Shown in pieces: positions 38,501-48,744 of a DNA stretch of 64,000 nucleotides. The notes below the pieces were generated by a model. That model saw only the letters and a program-made list of their open reading frames with translations. It had not been told where the DNA came from and ran no database searches. The translations under genes were made by a program, and so were the position numbers. Location of the stretch: IMG/VR virus record IMGVR_UViG_3300012943_000031, positions 42,837 to 106,836 of that record, one strand, 5' to 3'. Source of the DNA: a virus. The first letter of the stretch is position 1, and every line of letters starts with the position of its first letter.

Positions 38501-41500
38501 GCTCTACCATTCCAGAAAAATATTATAGACATAATCTCAGGTGTTGTTGATGACAATTTCCGTAAGATCAAATTAAATGGTACTAAATTCTACCAGTCTC
38601 CTGAGATTGGAACAACTATTACTGCTAAGAAAATAGAAGATTTACCTGCTGACCAGAGAGGTACAGTAGAATTGAAGTGGCATGATCTGGAGATCGTGGA
38701 TGGGAAAGTTATTTCTACAACTCCTGTGGAATGTAAAATTAACTTCCGTAATCAATTCCGTCCTCTTCTGAATATGAAGCACAGAGATGGTGAAAGAATT
38801 GGTACACTGAAGAGATTAAATGAGGCTATTCAGGATTCTGAGTGGGTAAGAAGTAACCACGAATCTATTACATTTATTGGTGTACGTATCCCATTACAGG
38901 ATATTAACTTCTCATCTCATGTAATTGTAAAGGAGTTTCTCCCCGAAACAGTTGGAGATATGATTATTATGCCACCAGAATTCTATAAACAAACTGGTTC
39001 GGATAATGATATTGATACTGTAACAGCAACATTCAAATATCTGGATGAAACAGGTAGACCTGTAAAACGTCCAACAGAAGAGTTTACTGATATTGTAAAC
39101 AGAATCAATGAGTTATCTACAGAAATGACTGGTACAGTAAACGTAGTAGATAATAGTGGACTGGAAGATCAACTACAAACTATTAAACAACAGTTCATTG
39201 ATAACAATATTTATGTGAACAAACAGTCAGGTCTGGATGTTATGGATAGAGAGTTCACAATAGTAGAGATTGACGGTTTCCGTACTCTATCTGGATTAAT
39301 GGATAAGAAGTCAGTATTATACAAGATACTGAAAAATGGTGAATACAGTGAACAGGTGGATAGTGTAATGAACTTTGTTCAGTCATTGAATACTGCATCA
39401 CGTTCAATCAAGAGTGATAGTAAGAAAGAGTTAGCTTCCCTTATCAAGAAACGTAATAACTACATTAAAGGTATCACGAATGATATTGTAAACTCTATTA
39501 TTGAGTTTATGCAGTCACCTGATAACTTTGATTTCCTAACTGAGACTGACTCAATTACACGTATTGGTGAAATTGCTTCTGAAAATATCTCACGTAAGAC
39601 AGGTAAACCTGTAGATTCAATCAAACTAGGACAGACACAGACATCATTACAAGCTATGAGTTATGTGATGAATATTGTGAACCACAAAAACAACTTCGAG
39701 GTACGTTCTATCTTAGGTTCTATTGTGAAGTTCCGTTCTATCATGTCATTACTTGATAAGACTCAGACTGTTCTGAATAAGGAATATATGGGTGGATCAA
39801 TGATAAACCTACTTAACAAAACTAAAGCACAAACATCTATGGTTGCAGCAGTAGGTAAGAAACTGGATAAAACATATGGTCGTACTATATATACACCACT
39901 TCTATATAAGAAGGATACATCCAGAGGTATTCCAATCAGTATCTATGATGAGAATGGTCAGAGAATGACTAAAAATCTATCAATGATTGCATCATCATTA
40001 CTTGACTTATTCAAGAATATGGACTTGTTCCCATCACTGGGTATTAGCTGGTTAAACGTAAAACCACTTATATTCCTGATGGCACAGGGTGTTCCTATGG
40101 AAAGAGCCATCATGTTCCTGAATACTCCTATTGTACAAGAGGTTCAGAGAGAATTAGATATGCTAGGTTCAGATGCCAGAGACAGACATGCCTTAGTATC
40201 TATGGCACAGAAATTCTCAGGTGATGATATATTTGCTATGTCTGATACTGTAACAGGATTTCCCGGACAAAATAAATATAGAGTTAAGACTGAGGAAAAA
40301 GGTAGAGAGATAATTGATAAAATGATGGGTAGACCGGGTAAAGCTGCTGAAGCTTACTTAGGTGGTAAATACTTATCATTCAGTGAGGAACAAATGATTG
40401 ATTTTACCAAAGCATACAACTCATACCTAAATGATCCTCAACGTTCTCAATATACAAAAACATTAGAGGCATTCCTACGTGCTAACCCATCCTACAATGA
40501 GATTGCCAGAGATATGACTGCATATTATGGTACTTTATTAGAGGATGGTGACATCTTCTACGCATACTTTGTTAAGGGATTATCACGTAATTCTGCAAAA
40601 CTAAACAGTGACTCTGCAATAGCTTCTGCAAAAGCAGTAAAAACTGCACGTCAGGCTACACAGATAGCAAACCCAGAATTTGAGGAAAGATTAGAGAATG
40701 AATCAACTCACTCTCCATTCTTCAAGGATGCTATTATCCAGAATGTATTGGCTAATACAATGCCGGAGATACTGGATAACCCAGACATTTACTTCAAGAC
40801 TAATTTCCGTAAAATGATTGAGAGTATAACCTCTCAGACATTTGGTACATCTGAAGATAAGAGAAAGGTAGAAATGAGAGTGTTATCAGACTTCATTGAG
40901 ATGATATATAAGAACTTCTTTATCCTGAAAACATCTAATACTAGGGGTAATACCTTATATGAATATTTCCAAAATGATGTAACACCTCTACTTGGGCCAT
41001 TAATGCATGGTGTAGACAACTACAAGAAATTCATAGATGAGTTCACAAAACAGAAGGAAGCTATCCTATCTGAGGACACAAAGATTGAAAGTTTATTCTC
41101 TGAGAGCTTATTTGGTAATCAGATTGATCTATTCCGTGCTAAATACCCAGAATTACGTGCCATCAAACTGGTAGACGAATTACTTAGTAAGAAAGAGCAT
41201 GGTAGAGACCCTCAGAAAGAGAACAATCTTGAATGGAAAGATGTGATGAATATGTTATCCCAGTCTTATATTCTGGTAAATATGTCAACAAATCCTAATG
41301 AGAAAGAAGCTGAAGAACAGGTTATGAGAGATGAATGGAAGAAGTTGGTTGAGTTCAACATAGCTCAATTCCCATCTATTGAGGCTGAAATAGCACAAGC
41401 AGGTGAGGAAAGGATTAACTTCTACCAGAATAAAGATAATATCGTGGAAATCAGAAGATTCTTCGAGTTACTGGCATACTATTCTCTAGCCCAATCTTCA

Positions 41501-42019
41501 CATATTGATAAGTCTCGTGCATCATTCTCATATCTTGCACCACCTCATATCATCAAAACTGTCGTACAACAGTCCATCGATAACTTCAATAGGTACATTC
41601 AAACTGCCGGAAGTATGTTTGATAATCTGGGTACAGGTAATGAGGAAGGTAGAAAGAAAGCAATTGATGGTCTACTGACTAAATTTGAGAAGATGTTCAA
41701 GGATATGAATGGTGAATTGAAATGGCAGAATCCTGTACAATCAAAACCAGCAGCTACAGTTGCTCCATCTATTGAAGAAGGAGATGAATTGTGGGGTACT
41801 GAAGATGCCATTATGAATAAAAAGAGACCTAAAGAGGGGCCGGGATTACCATATATGAAATCTCATACAGGTAAACTGTACTCTAAAATTGAAGATAATA
41901 CCATTGATTTCTTCAAACAGAAGTTGGCTAAGGAAGCTGATATTAAACTAGAGGCTATTAACAACTTCAAAATTCAAATGTTTAATAATGAGGGAGACCC
42001 TCTAAATTGTAGTGCATAA
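32549..42019 (+). CDS. Virion-packaged two-barrel RNA polymerase with N-terminal PD-(D/E)xK and zincin-like domains
   Basis: GVRIPLQ...QTGSDNDIDT catalytic DxDxD (39002-39016); GELDLIAIK..VIDIKT; AYHEGWH...EEFMAEEF; start 32549 by TAATG overlap. Confidence 0.85.
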   Translation: MICALNKTQKEATLKLLGRLVTVNQVSSPEEILKNVYHVIYESFVKKDMQKDAQQYSFAMTQYAADNLYLILDPKDEGLRELVSKVLGTYSQFSIENIEKFKNEEELRKLLGLTERKLENIPSTVSRESVSTHLENIGKQFTPIKEKVGYVRSNMLNAPIWKFPIAKTKDGTPIKLASVSDFLNKATIKNVVPADNLRTRAGTLTDSVIRKFFRNPVTYEQFQKNMLTDKEFVESFKRFSENTSIPKTEGTTPILNRYMDDYLNDMMYAINFIQSNYQDAYITDLGTIIDNSSLSQEEKKKFYIYSAEIGLRGELDLIAIKPDGTFTVIDIKTTDGYNTPTQESKHGKQVAVYDMIMQTVTGLKSSGNHDVIYLTTFMNNPTIVMGKKGNVGNYKISISGYEKKSFKNSHPELLQKEINAYKQQIDSIYQKTAPIKDDSSDVKPFNPFSPINFGRGRIKPGDKGLKMSFSPNDKLSTRESLQAGKAWLQSVFPELGDAGVQIMKIANSPVGGEFFIDVIKLYEKSNEGVAYHEGWHRFTQLYMTKREKTNLYDKVKGEGIEFTTRDGRTLNTEDADFYDIEEFMAEEFRKYAQNPSAYTFPKGNPAPKSWFKKIWAAIKAIAQWFKSNGSFSYNDLFNELYTGTFNKTNFSVNNAIFTHMNSFFVDSATGKDTVLDNITFLKFRDFTDYTLGQYLSVNDITVTDLLTTEGLKELNELVKQTLINKKNQLDITRSDLKNEIDATEDESVKERMKASDESLKFYQDALNTILEQNGNEDFIKFADFMRAYFKTSQYQSLRKFVGKNQEIVNQIVNEESLADFEKEEEVGEELDDMDNKPEESSDYEYNRSGNEKEAIKNAKDELKDFFAAIPRHKNADLVSESDPSLYEYDKGGLPVTLSKQEAFYKTLRVLQGSLTLSNIINRLNDPNNYLTFPELLSVKEKLLGSSGNEGLIPKLQRLSTSMMAGSATRDEVQEHTKLMSFLMHFTHVMSLRNVDFDTFIIKQNYSQDDDAIRAVSPLQTRENYESIIFSIVNDFTKGFQLNTERKFMNGDRTYLNVYEAMYNIFGKGDKGLTDFMTTFGNEEFIYDPQYKKFFFNSMNLFKKFDTTNPSDREMKDFFTSLGINLNDKIYSNDNDRRELLNVYRRMRDIVWAFHRKTGDDITRLFGTTKITNLVAQWKAAKDVAANPQLEGMQRFMANQNLMDVEIELNKYVRIIFSSNPVEQMLFDGRDRTLMMKNSKNKIFGANEMLFRQLAKIEKNYHKRFSSGSMIVVDKLQFSFFLPNNMIVTETIVNDHIRNITDFAKYPEVAHLDPVINPAVLNSVTFSKIFAQDGSKRPNMRLGVSNISQVSAINTDESVESKRMQDLKEDEKILVDFLMMLSEGSAEIRRLETSNTAYRLSIQETEGNMKRYIKPVKITRQDNFTNPTFLSIVRGYIQHAAFKWLYDQNPDNRKLDVNYAGKDTLGVFDEMLPLSASKIKTFILDNGGDMNTLMARIEKKDNELFKSINKEIVEYFEDVAINNPDSYKNVFNQKLSEKSKNVLTNLSNIQSNKTFITTDYLGNVDDYLFRDFIANDFIMAMEDAILFFGDYTYYKDPIKRRKIIGNNGSINIVDGIISDAISAQKAVNSVTGIYQKAKGVTSEKDNRLVRKTVVSDVKMNSKLLNRNDKGEMEMAVKIQMLRKQLYGKDVPLDQIEEEKKETIAAFTDMEVGDAAAWINLDTYRQMRMREMTWDLDKDENEFYRQQLILKEKLGDQLTEEERDFVDRGPYSGFNVAKYAMTGPVYSNESMPFKPGFDKMGLRPLLPEIDWNRGTRPIFENIMEKDLDYMVFDTGSKVYKPAISKVFAGNGIKNVLNKESAVYSEHAGGFFKYQQNTTQLNDKSTFSVQLRSIFYEIMLIQKQNGNVSPNLTKAYNKMIKSLSDYITINSSRSLTEMGLDINGKIRDRSTFINYLKARLLDIGGVDEQLIDLLNMNNNGELSTYLEALPFQKNIIDIISGVVDDNFRKIKLNGTKFYQSPEIGTTITAKKIEDLPADQRGTVELKWHDLEIVDGKVISTTPVECKINFRNQFRPLLNMKHRDGERIGTLKRLNEAIQDSEWVRSNHESITFIGVRIPLQDINFSSHVIVKEFLPETVGDMIIMPPEFYKQTGSDNDIDTVTATFKYLDETGRPVKRPTEEFTDIVNRINELSTEMTGTVNVVDNSGLEDQLQTIKQQFIDNNIYVNKQSGLDVMDREFTIVEIDGFRTLSGLMDKKSVLYKILKNGEYSEQVDSVMNFVQSLNTASRSIKSDSKKELASLIKKRNNYIKGITNDIVNSIIEFMQSPDNFDFLTETDSITRIGEIASENISRKTGKPVDSIKLGQTQTSLQAMSYVMNIVNHKNNFEVRSILGSIVKFRSIMSLLDKTQTVLNKEYMGGSMINLLNKTKAQTSMVAAVGKKLDKTYGRTIYTPLLYKKDTSRGIPISIYDENGQRMTKNLSMIASSLLDLFKNMDLFPSLGISWLNVKPLIFLMAQGVPMERAIMFLNTPIVQEVQRELDMLGSDARDRHALVSMAQKFSGDDIFAMSDTVTGFPGQNKYRVKTEEKGREIIDKMMGRPGKAAEAYLGGKYLSFSEEQMIDFTKAYNSYLNDPQRSQYTKTLEAFLRANPSYNEIARDMTAYYGTLLEDGDIFYAYFVKGLSRNSAKLNSDSAIASAKAVKTARQATQIANPEFEERLENESTHSPFFKDAIIQNVLANTMPEILDNPDIYFKTNFRKMIESITSQTFGTSEDKRKVEMRVLSDFIEMIYKNFFILKTSNTRGNTLYEYFQNDVTPLLGPLMHGVDNYKKFIDEFTKQKEAILSEDTKIESLFSESLFGNQIDLFRAKYPELRAIKLVDELLSKKEHGRDPQKENNLEWKDVMNMLSQSYILVNMSTNPNEKEAEEQVMRDEWKKLVEFNIAQFPSIEAEIAQAGEERINFYQNKDNIVEIRRFFELLAYYSLAQSSHIDKSRASFSYLAPPHIIKTVVQQSIDNFNRYIQTAGSMFDNLGTGNEEGRKKAIDGLLTKFEKMFKDMNGELKWQNPVQSKPAATVAPSIEEGDELWGTEDAIMNKKRPKEGPGLPYMKSHTGKLYSKIEDNTIDFFKQKLAKEADIKLEAINNFKIQMFNNEGDPLNCSA

Positions 42020-42477
42020 TGAGTTGTTCAAAAGATTCTGCTGCTAAGTACCTGATAGACAAGAACTTAGTTAAGCCAAACATGGAATTATACTCACCCA
42101 TCCCTTCAGACAGATTGTTAGATACCATTGAGTATCTGACAAATCTGGCTAAGAATAAGTATAAAGTGGATATGGGAGAGTTATTTAAAATAAGACATAG
42201 GGACGTACAGGTAGGTAGCTATATCCTACTTGGAAATGCCTCCACAGTAACCAAAGCACGTCTGGAAGCTAATGATGCTGCCTTTGATGCCATAGATTTG
42301 GCAAAACAACAGACAGACTGGGTAGAACAGAGAGAGATAGAGGAGAGACGTACAAAGGAACAAAAGAGTGTAGAGATTGAGTATCAACAGATTCAGGAAG
42401 AAGGAAACTACATAGTTTCTGAGGATGGAGAAATACAAGTGCCATCATATCTTCCTAAAATTAATGTGAGATGTTAA
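42019..42477 (+). CDS. Hypothetical protein
   Basis: TAATG-coupled to RNAP. Confidence 0.6.
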   Translation: MSCSKDSAAKYLIDKNLVKPNMELYSPIPSDRLLDTIEYLTNLAKNKYKVDMGELFKIRHRDVQVGSYILLGNASTVTKARLEANDAAFDAIDLAKQQTDWVEQREIEERRTKEQKSVEIEYQQIQEEGNYIVSEDGEIQVPSYLPKINVRC

Positions 42478-42513
42478 TTCTCTAAGTGACTAAAAATCAA
42501 TTATATTTGCATA

Positions 42514-45500
42514 ATGGAATGTAGTTTAAATAAAGAGAAAATTAAGCAGGGGATAACTGAGACAGCTAAGTTACTTCTTGAACCTACAGGATTATTTATC
42601 ATAGAGGACAATAAAGTTATTGGTAATAATAATTCTGTGGCAAGTAAAGTTAGTCTTACTCCTGAACAGCAGACAAAAATAGAGGAATCTAAAAAGTATG
42701 CTGATGAGGTGGATGTTGTCTATCGTCAAGGTTTTCTGGATAATCCTGAAGACTTCCTAAGACATATTGCCCTACAAGCTAATTCATCTGCCTCAGAACA
42801 GGAAGGTGCTTTAGGTATGGCAGGGTATGAACTGTTTGATTTGGCATTAGAATTATTCCCTGAAGAAGGTAAACTAAACCCTGAAGAACAGGCTATAAAG
42901 GATATTAATAAAGAATTTAGAGATGAGGTAATACTACAGACATCACCTAATCACTGGGTAATTGCTCCAAGTGATGAGTTAGCCATGCAATATTTAATGG
43001 CTCAGACAGGTTCTGCTGAACAAATTATGGAAGATTTACGTAATAGTTATCTTTCCCAGTTCTCATCTACATCCCTAAACTTAATGGATGAAAACCTGTG
43101 GCTTAATCATCCGGCTCTCCAAGATGCCACAACACAACGTCTCTTAGAATTTGCTAAGAAAATTAACCCAGATTTCCGTGTTATTGTTACAGATGAGTTA
43201 GATCAAAATGCTGTATCCTTAATCCGTGATAATATAATCTTCATTCGTCAGGGTTCAATTATCTCAGAATTACCTGAGGAAATATCCCACTTCTTCTTTG
43301 AATTACTTCCTGATGACCATCCTCTGAAAGTAGAGATGATGGAAAAGATCGTAGATTTTCCTATCTACTTAGAAACATACCACAAATATAAGAATGATAC
43401 TGCCTATCAGGTAAACTCACGTGTTGATATTCAGAAGATTAAAAGAGAAGCTTCTGCTAAATTGATGGGTGAATATATCAAAGCTGCCTACCAAAATAAG
43501 GCTGATGAAAAGTATGGTAAAAAGAGAGGTTGGTTACGTGACATGATCCACAAGATTATGAAGTTCCTGAGAAAGGCTTTCGTAACTACTTCAGCCCCAG
43601 TATATTCTGAACCTGAGTTTGATATTAACTCCCCATTCCGTCAGGCTGCAAGTGAAATCATAGATAAAGATATTACCAGCCTTAACCTAAAGAAAATCCC
43701 AAGTATATATGATTCTATCTTCTTCTCAAAAGTAGAGGATGAAATCCCGGAAGGATACGAGGCATCAGATATTGCCAAATCTCTATATGAGTTCTCCCAA
43801 CAGTTAAAAAGACAGGTTACTAAAACCTTCTTCACTTACGTTAAGAAGGAGAACATGAAGGGACTGGAGGAATTGCTCCAAGACCCAAGTAACAAAAACT
43901 ATAATAGAATCTGGGACATCATTAATAGATTAGATGATTCTGGTAGAATTGTTATGGAGATGATGGATACAGGAGGTCGTGATTTAATCTCTATGACTAG
44001 AGCTACATCTGCTTTAGCAGAGGCTTATAGAGAAATGGAACATATCCCTGAGGCTATCAGTAAGGTTCTTGATAAGGTAAAGAATGATGGTACTGAAGAA
44101 CAGATAATTAATAACATCACTGAGCTACAGGCATATTTCCAGTTTTCAGATACATTCAAGAAAATAACAGATGAGTTCGTACAATTGTTGAGTTTTCTAC
44201 GTGAAAATTATCCAGTAAAAAGAGAGGCAAATCTCATATATGATAGGATGATTGAGAAGATGGGTACAACTGAGTTGAGATTTAAGGTTGTAGATGAGAA
44301 GATTATGAAGGCTCTTCAAGCTCATATCATAGATGTTACCCATAAATGGACAGATAAAGCATTCTCAAAATACAGAGGTGAGATAAATGAACTACATGAT
44401 TCCTTAGACCATCAGAAGCTAAAGAATAATGTAGCTAAACTCATTACACAAAGAATTACAGGATTAGAACAGATCAAACAAGCTGTTACTGGAAACTTCC
44501 CACTAGCAAAAGATTTAATGTTAGCTGATGGAACTAAGGTAGATATTAGTAAGATCAAGGATATGTCACAGATTGATTACGTGATATTCATGTTCTCATC
44601 TCCTACATTGATAAGTGACCCATTCATCTCTAGCCTAATGGCACATTTTACTGATAAGTATGTTGCTGCTATGGTTAAGGGCCAAAGAGAGGCCAAAATA
44701 TTTGCTGATAGTATATTACCTATCAAAAAAGAACTGGCTGATATGGGTGTTGGTTGGTATGAAGCTGAGGAAGCTATCCAGAATGTTCAGTCATTCTATG
44801 ACCAATCACTGGAAGATAAAGAAACTAAGAAAAGAGTATTCCTTTCCCAGACTAATCGTTTTGATTTCCAATATCAGAGACAATTACGTTTAGAAGAAAT
44901 GAGAAATGCTGCCAGAGATATTGATAAACTACAGGCAGAGTTTCGTAATGTTGAGACTACAGAGGAAAGATCAACGGCCTTGAAAGCTCTAATCCCAACT
45001 AAACAGAAGGAATTACAGGATAAAAGAGATGACTATGACAAGTTCTTAGATGACTGGTCACATCGTCCATTTACCCCTGAATACTACAGACTTCAGAAAA
45101 TGCTGAAGGACAATAGGAAAGATACGCCTACTCTGAGAAGATGGAAGGAAATTAACAGACAATTATTGATCCTAGAAGAAATGCAGTTCATGGCTGTAGC
45201 ATATGAAGCTACAATAAATGACAGTCGTTATGACCAAATTACTCTTGAAATTGCCACATTACAGAATGAAAAACTAAGATTACAGGATCAAATCCCTCAA
45301 TCTGAAAAATCTACTATAGATGCATTAAATGAGATATATGAAGTAGATGAGGTGGCAACATCACGTTTACGTCAGGCTCACAAAAACAAATGGACAAATG
45401 CCTACGTACAGGCTAGAACAGAGGAAGGTAGTCCAAGAAGTAAACAACAACTGGAAGACTTTGCTGATACTGCATATGAAGCATTATATACTATCATTTC

Positions 45501-48500
45501 TCCTACACAGGAATTCTATGATAAAAGGGCTGCAATATTTGATGAGATAAATAATATCTCACGTCCTCAGGTAGGATTGAGTAAACTAGCAGACCGTATA
45601 ACAGAACTAAAAGAGAAGGAGAGAAAACTACTTAAACCATTCCGTGATGTCATGGGTAAGGGTGAGGTAAATGTAACATCCTTCAAATATGTTTCTGTAG
45701 AAAAGAACCCAGATGGTACAGACAAAATGCTGTCCGAATCCCTTAAGGAGTTGGAAGAAGAAATTGATATGCTCAATAGTAAGATGAGAATCTACTCTAT
45801 TGTACTAAATTCTCCTTCTGTAAAAGAAGAAGAGAAAAGCATGATATTGAAGTATATCGACTTATCTTTAGCATTTAAACAGGTGATTAACAATCACTTA
45901 GCATACAAAACTGCTGATGTTCAGGAGGCTTTTAAGGATTTAATAGATTTGTCACAGTCTCAAGCTGAACAGATACTTAGTGCTATTAAGAAATCTGTTG
46001 CAGGTGACAATTCTGAATTCCAATCTTTGGCCAATCTACAAATCCCAACAGCTTCTGTTGATGTGAGAAGGGCATTTGCAGTTATGAATTTCGATTCACC
46101 TCAGAATATGATGGATGCTGAGAATGCCATGTATGGTGCATTCAAACAGTTTACCAGAAGGGAAAGAGGTCAAATGGCCGAGTCATTAGCATTCCAATAT
46201 CAGGAATTAAATGATATGTATAGTCAGGCTGTATCTATGCAGTATACAATTGCTATACGTGAATGGTATGCATACTATCAGATGTATGTACAACAGGATG
46301 TATTTAATACTCCAGACAAACAATTACATAGTGAGAAATTCCTTGCTATAGGAGAAAACCCAGTTGCTTCAATCCAAGATATTGAGACAATGATGGGTGA
46401 CGGTGTATTTGAAGCTGTATTACAGTTTATGATGTGGAAGGAGAGAACAGAAATTGATCCAACCCATTCATACCCCCTATCAGCCCTAGTAGACTTCTTC
46501 TTATCAATTCACAAACAGAAAGTTACGTTTGTTGAAGGTGAGATGTACACTACATGGACACCTATCTCCTATGTGAGAAAACCTGATCCCAAAGATGAAC
46601 TGACTAAAATAAGCTATCCTAACTTCCTTACACGTAATCGTATAAAGGATACATTCAGAACAGAAAAAGTGTATGAAACTGACCCAGAAGTTATGGCTGG
46701 TAGAAAAGAAGCTAACGTAGATATTAATGGTCAGTGGTTACCTCTGAATAAGAAAGATTCCCCATTCTGGAATGCTGAGTATGAGAAACTCAAAACAGCC
46801 AAGAAAGGTACAGTAGAAGCTAAACAGTTTGAGTTACTTCAAGCTGAAGTTAGTGCCTATCTAGGGGCACAGGTAGAATACTTAGCAGAAGGAGAAAGAT
46901 TAGACTTGGTTATCCCGGCTAAATATGTAGATAAACTAGAACAGAAGAAATTGATGATTACCAGAGCAGAAGAGGGTTGGAAGTTTATCCGTAACTCTAT
47001 CCCATTCATCTCTAATAAGACTATCGAGGAAGAGGAAATCAATTACCTAGAAGAAATTAATGCTATAACTGCCCAGAATAGAGACATCTACACAGGTGCT
47101 GTTATATCAGAAAAGAATTCAAAACTACGTTCAAAAAGACGTATTGCTCTGGAGAGAACAACAAAAGATGCCACAGCATCTGTAGCTATGTTCCTTGAGG
47201 ATGTAAATGAGTACTCTGCTAAAACATTAGTGGCTCCCATCATGAAGTCATTTGCTGATGTGTTTAAAGACTCATATGCACGTAATCCTTATGGTAATAA
47301 GCTACGTTCAAATTCATTAGAGTGGTTATATAAAACAAAGATTCTGGATGAAGTTCCTGACAATGCTGCCAATAATCCTAATTTAGCTAAGGTACTTAAT
47401 GTAGTAAACAGGTTAACTACCTTCAGACTACTAGGTGACCCTCTTGGTGCACTAGTAAACTTAACGTCAGGTACTATTCAACAGTTAGTAGAAGCTACAT
47501 TCTCAAAACCTGAGGCTCTGATGTTTGCAAAAAGTGGGTGGATAGCTAAGAATTGGTTATATGAGTATGACAAAGACTTCTATAAACAGTCTTCATGGGG
47601 TCTTGAAACTCAATTAATTGGGGTATTTAACATGATCCCAGATAATATGGAGATTGCCAATCACCTATCCAAAGCAGCATTATTATCCTCTGTACGTTCT
47701 AAGTTGATGGCTCCACGTCAGGAGACTGAGAAATACATGGCTATTCACATGGGACTAGCTGTAGTTATGGCAGAACCTATTGTTTTTGAAGGTAAAGCTA
47801 TAACACCAGTAGACCTATATACCCTAGACCCTGTAACTAAACTGGTAGAGATAAAGAATGAATATAAGAGTCTGGAGAAGGAATGGAATCCGGTAAATGG
47901 AACAAGAGTAGTTGAGTTAAGAAGAAGATTGATGCAGAGATATACAATGCTTCAGGGTAACTTCTTTAAACAAAACCAGTCATTTGCCTCAACAACAGCA
48001 TTAGGTAAGTCAGCAGAGATCATGAAAAGATGGTTTGCTTCTGGTGTTATCAGACGTTTCCAAGGTGAGACAGTTGATCCATTTACAGGAGAGACTAGAA
48101 AAGGTTATCTTCTTGCTATGGCAAATGCTGTAGGTGCACTAATTTATGGAATGCGCAAAGGGGACTTAAAATACATTAACGAATACTTTACAAAAATTGC
48201 TAAACGTCCATCTGAAAAGAAAGCCATACGTTATGCTGCCACAGAATTCCTATACGTTGCTGTATTTGGATTACTAGCCATGATGGTAATGGGGTATGAT
48301 GATGACGATGAAGACAAGAATAAGAAATTAAGAGAAATGAATTATCTGAAACAACTTGCACTGTTAGTTACTCTACGTGTGCAGGGTGAGTTAGGTACAT
48401 TCATTCCTGTTCCTATATGGGGACTGGGTTATATGGAGATGAAAAGAGCCATATTAGACCCATTTGGGCTACCCAAAGCATCATTTGATAATCTAATGGG

Positions 48501-48744
48501 GCTTGGAGCCCTGATTGTAATGCAGGTATTGGATGGTTTAGGCTTAGGGAATTATGACAAACAACTGTATTATCAGAAAGGTAAACCTTATGGTTACAAC
48601 TTCTTTGGTGCTGGAGCATTCAAGGATAAGGGAGATAGTAAGCTTAAAGCTATGATTTTCAATACTATAGGATATACTGGTTATACATTTGAGCCCGCAG
48701 AATATATCAAAACATTAACTCAAATGCAAAACCGTCTTAAGTAA
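42514..48744 (+). CDS. Large virion cargo protein (2076 aa)
   Basis: Degenerate zincin LPEEISHFF, hydrophobic C-terminus with GYDDDDED loop; TATATTTG box 4 nt before ATG. Confidence 0.65.
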   Translation: MECSLNKEKIKQGITETAKLLLEPTGLFIIEDNKVIGNNNSVASKVSLTPEQQTKIEESKKYADEVDVVYRQGFLDNPEDFLRHIALQANSSASEQEGALGMAGYELFDLALELFPEEGKLNPEEQAIKDINKEFRDEVILQTSPNHWVIAPSDELAMQYLMAQTGSAEQIMEDLRNSYLSQFSSTSLNLMDENLWLNHPALQDATTQRLLEFAKKINPDFRVIVTDELDQNAVSLIRDNIIFIRQGSIISELPEEISHFFFELLPDDHPLKVEMMEKIVDFPIYLETYHKYKNDTAYQVNSRVDIQKIKREASAKLMGEYIKAAYQNKADEKYGKKRGWLRDMIHKIMKFLRKAFVTTSAPVYSEPEFDINSPFRQAASEIIDKDITSLNLKKIPSIYDSIFFSKVEDEIPEGYEASDIAKSLYEFSQQLKRQVTKTFFTYVKKENMKGLEELLQDPSNKNYNRIWDIINRLDDSGRIVMEMMDTGGRDLISMTRATSALAEAYREMEHIPEAISKVLDKVKNDGTEEQIINNITELQAYFQFSDTFKKITDEFVQLLSFLRENYPVKREANLIYDRMIEKMGTTELRFKVVDEKIMKALQAHIIDVTHKWTDKAFSKYRGEINELHDSLDHQKLKNNVAKLITQRITGLEQIKQAVTGNFPLAKDLMLADGTKVDISKIKDMSQIDYVIFMFSSPTLISDPFISSLMAHFTDKYVAAMVKGQREAKIFADSILPIKKELADMGVGWYEAEEAIQNVQSFYDQSLEDKETKKRVFLSQTNRFDFQYQRQLRLEEMRNAARDIDKLQAEFRNVETTEERSTALKALIPTKQKELQDKRDDYDKFLDDWSHRPFTPEYYRLQKMLKDNRKDTPTLRRWKEINRQLLILEEMQFMAVAYEATINDSRYDQITLEIATLQNEKLRLQDQIPQSEKSTIDALNEIYEVDEVATSRLRQAHKNKWTNAYVQARTEEGSPRSKQQLEDFADTAYEALYTIISPTQEFYDKRAAIFDEINNISRPQVGLSKLADRITELKEKERKLLKPFRDVMGKGEVNVTSFKYVSVEKNPDGTDKMLSESLKELEEEIDMLNSKMRIYSIVLNSPSVKEEEKSMILKYIDLSLAFKQVINNHLAYKTADVQEAFKDLIDLSQSQAEQILSAIKKSVAGDNSEFQSLANLQIPTASVDVRRAFAVMNFDSPQNMMDAENAMYGAFKQFTRRERGQMAESLAFQYQELNDMYSQAVSMQYTIAIREWYAYYQMYVQQDVFNTPDKQLHSEKFLAIGENPVASIQDIETMMGDGVFEAVLQFMMWKERTEIDPTHSYPLSALVDFFLSIHKQKVTFVEGEMYTTWTPISYVRKPDPKDELTKISYPNFLTRNRIKDTFRTEKVYETDPEVMAGRKEANVDINGQWLPLNKKDSPFWNAEYEKLKTAKKGTVEAKQFELLQAEVSAYLGAQVEYLAEGERLDLVIPAKYVDKLEQKKLMITRAEEGWKFIRNSIPFISNKTIEEEEINYLEEINAITAQNRDIYTGAVISEKNSKLRSKRRIALERTTKDATASVAMFLEDVNEYSAKTLVAPIMKSFADVFKDSYARNPYGNKLRSNSLEWLYKTKILDEVPDNAANNPNLAKVLNVVNRLTTFRLLGDPLGALVNLTSGTIQQLVEATFSKPEALMFAKSGWIAKNWLYEYDKDFYKQSSWGLETQLIGVFNMIPDNMEIANHLSKAALLSSVRSKLMAPRQETEKYMAIHMGLAVVMAEPIVFEGKAITPVDLYTLDPVTKLVEIKNEYKSLEKEWNPVNGTRVVELRRRLMQRYTMLQGNFFKQNQSFASTTALGKSAEIMKRWFASGVIRRFQGETVDPFTGETRKGYLLAMANAVGALIYGMRKGDLKYINEYFTKIAKRPSEKKAIRYAATEFLYVAVFGLLAMMVMGYDDDDEDKNKKLREMNYLKQLALLVTLRVQGELGTFIPVPIWGLGYMEMKRAILDPFGLPKASFDNLMGLGALIVMQVLDGLGLGNYDKQLYYQKGKPYGYNFFGAGAFKDKGDSKLKAMIFNTIGYTGYTFEPAEYIKTLTQMQNRLK

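Noticed and set aside
14905-48744. Numerous short antisense and alternate-frame ORFs inside large genes
   Set aside because: Expected by-products of codon bias; no start signals or motifs
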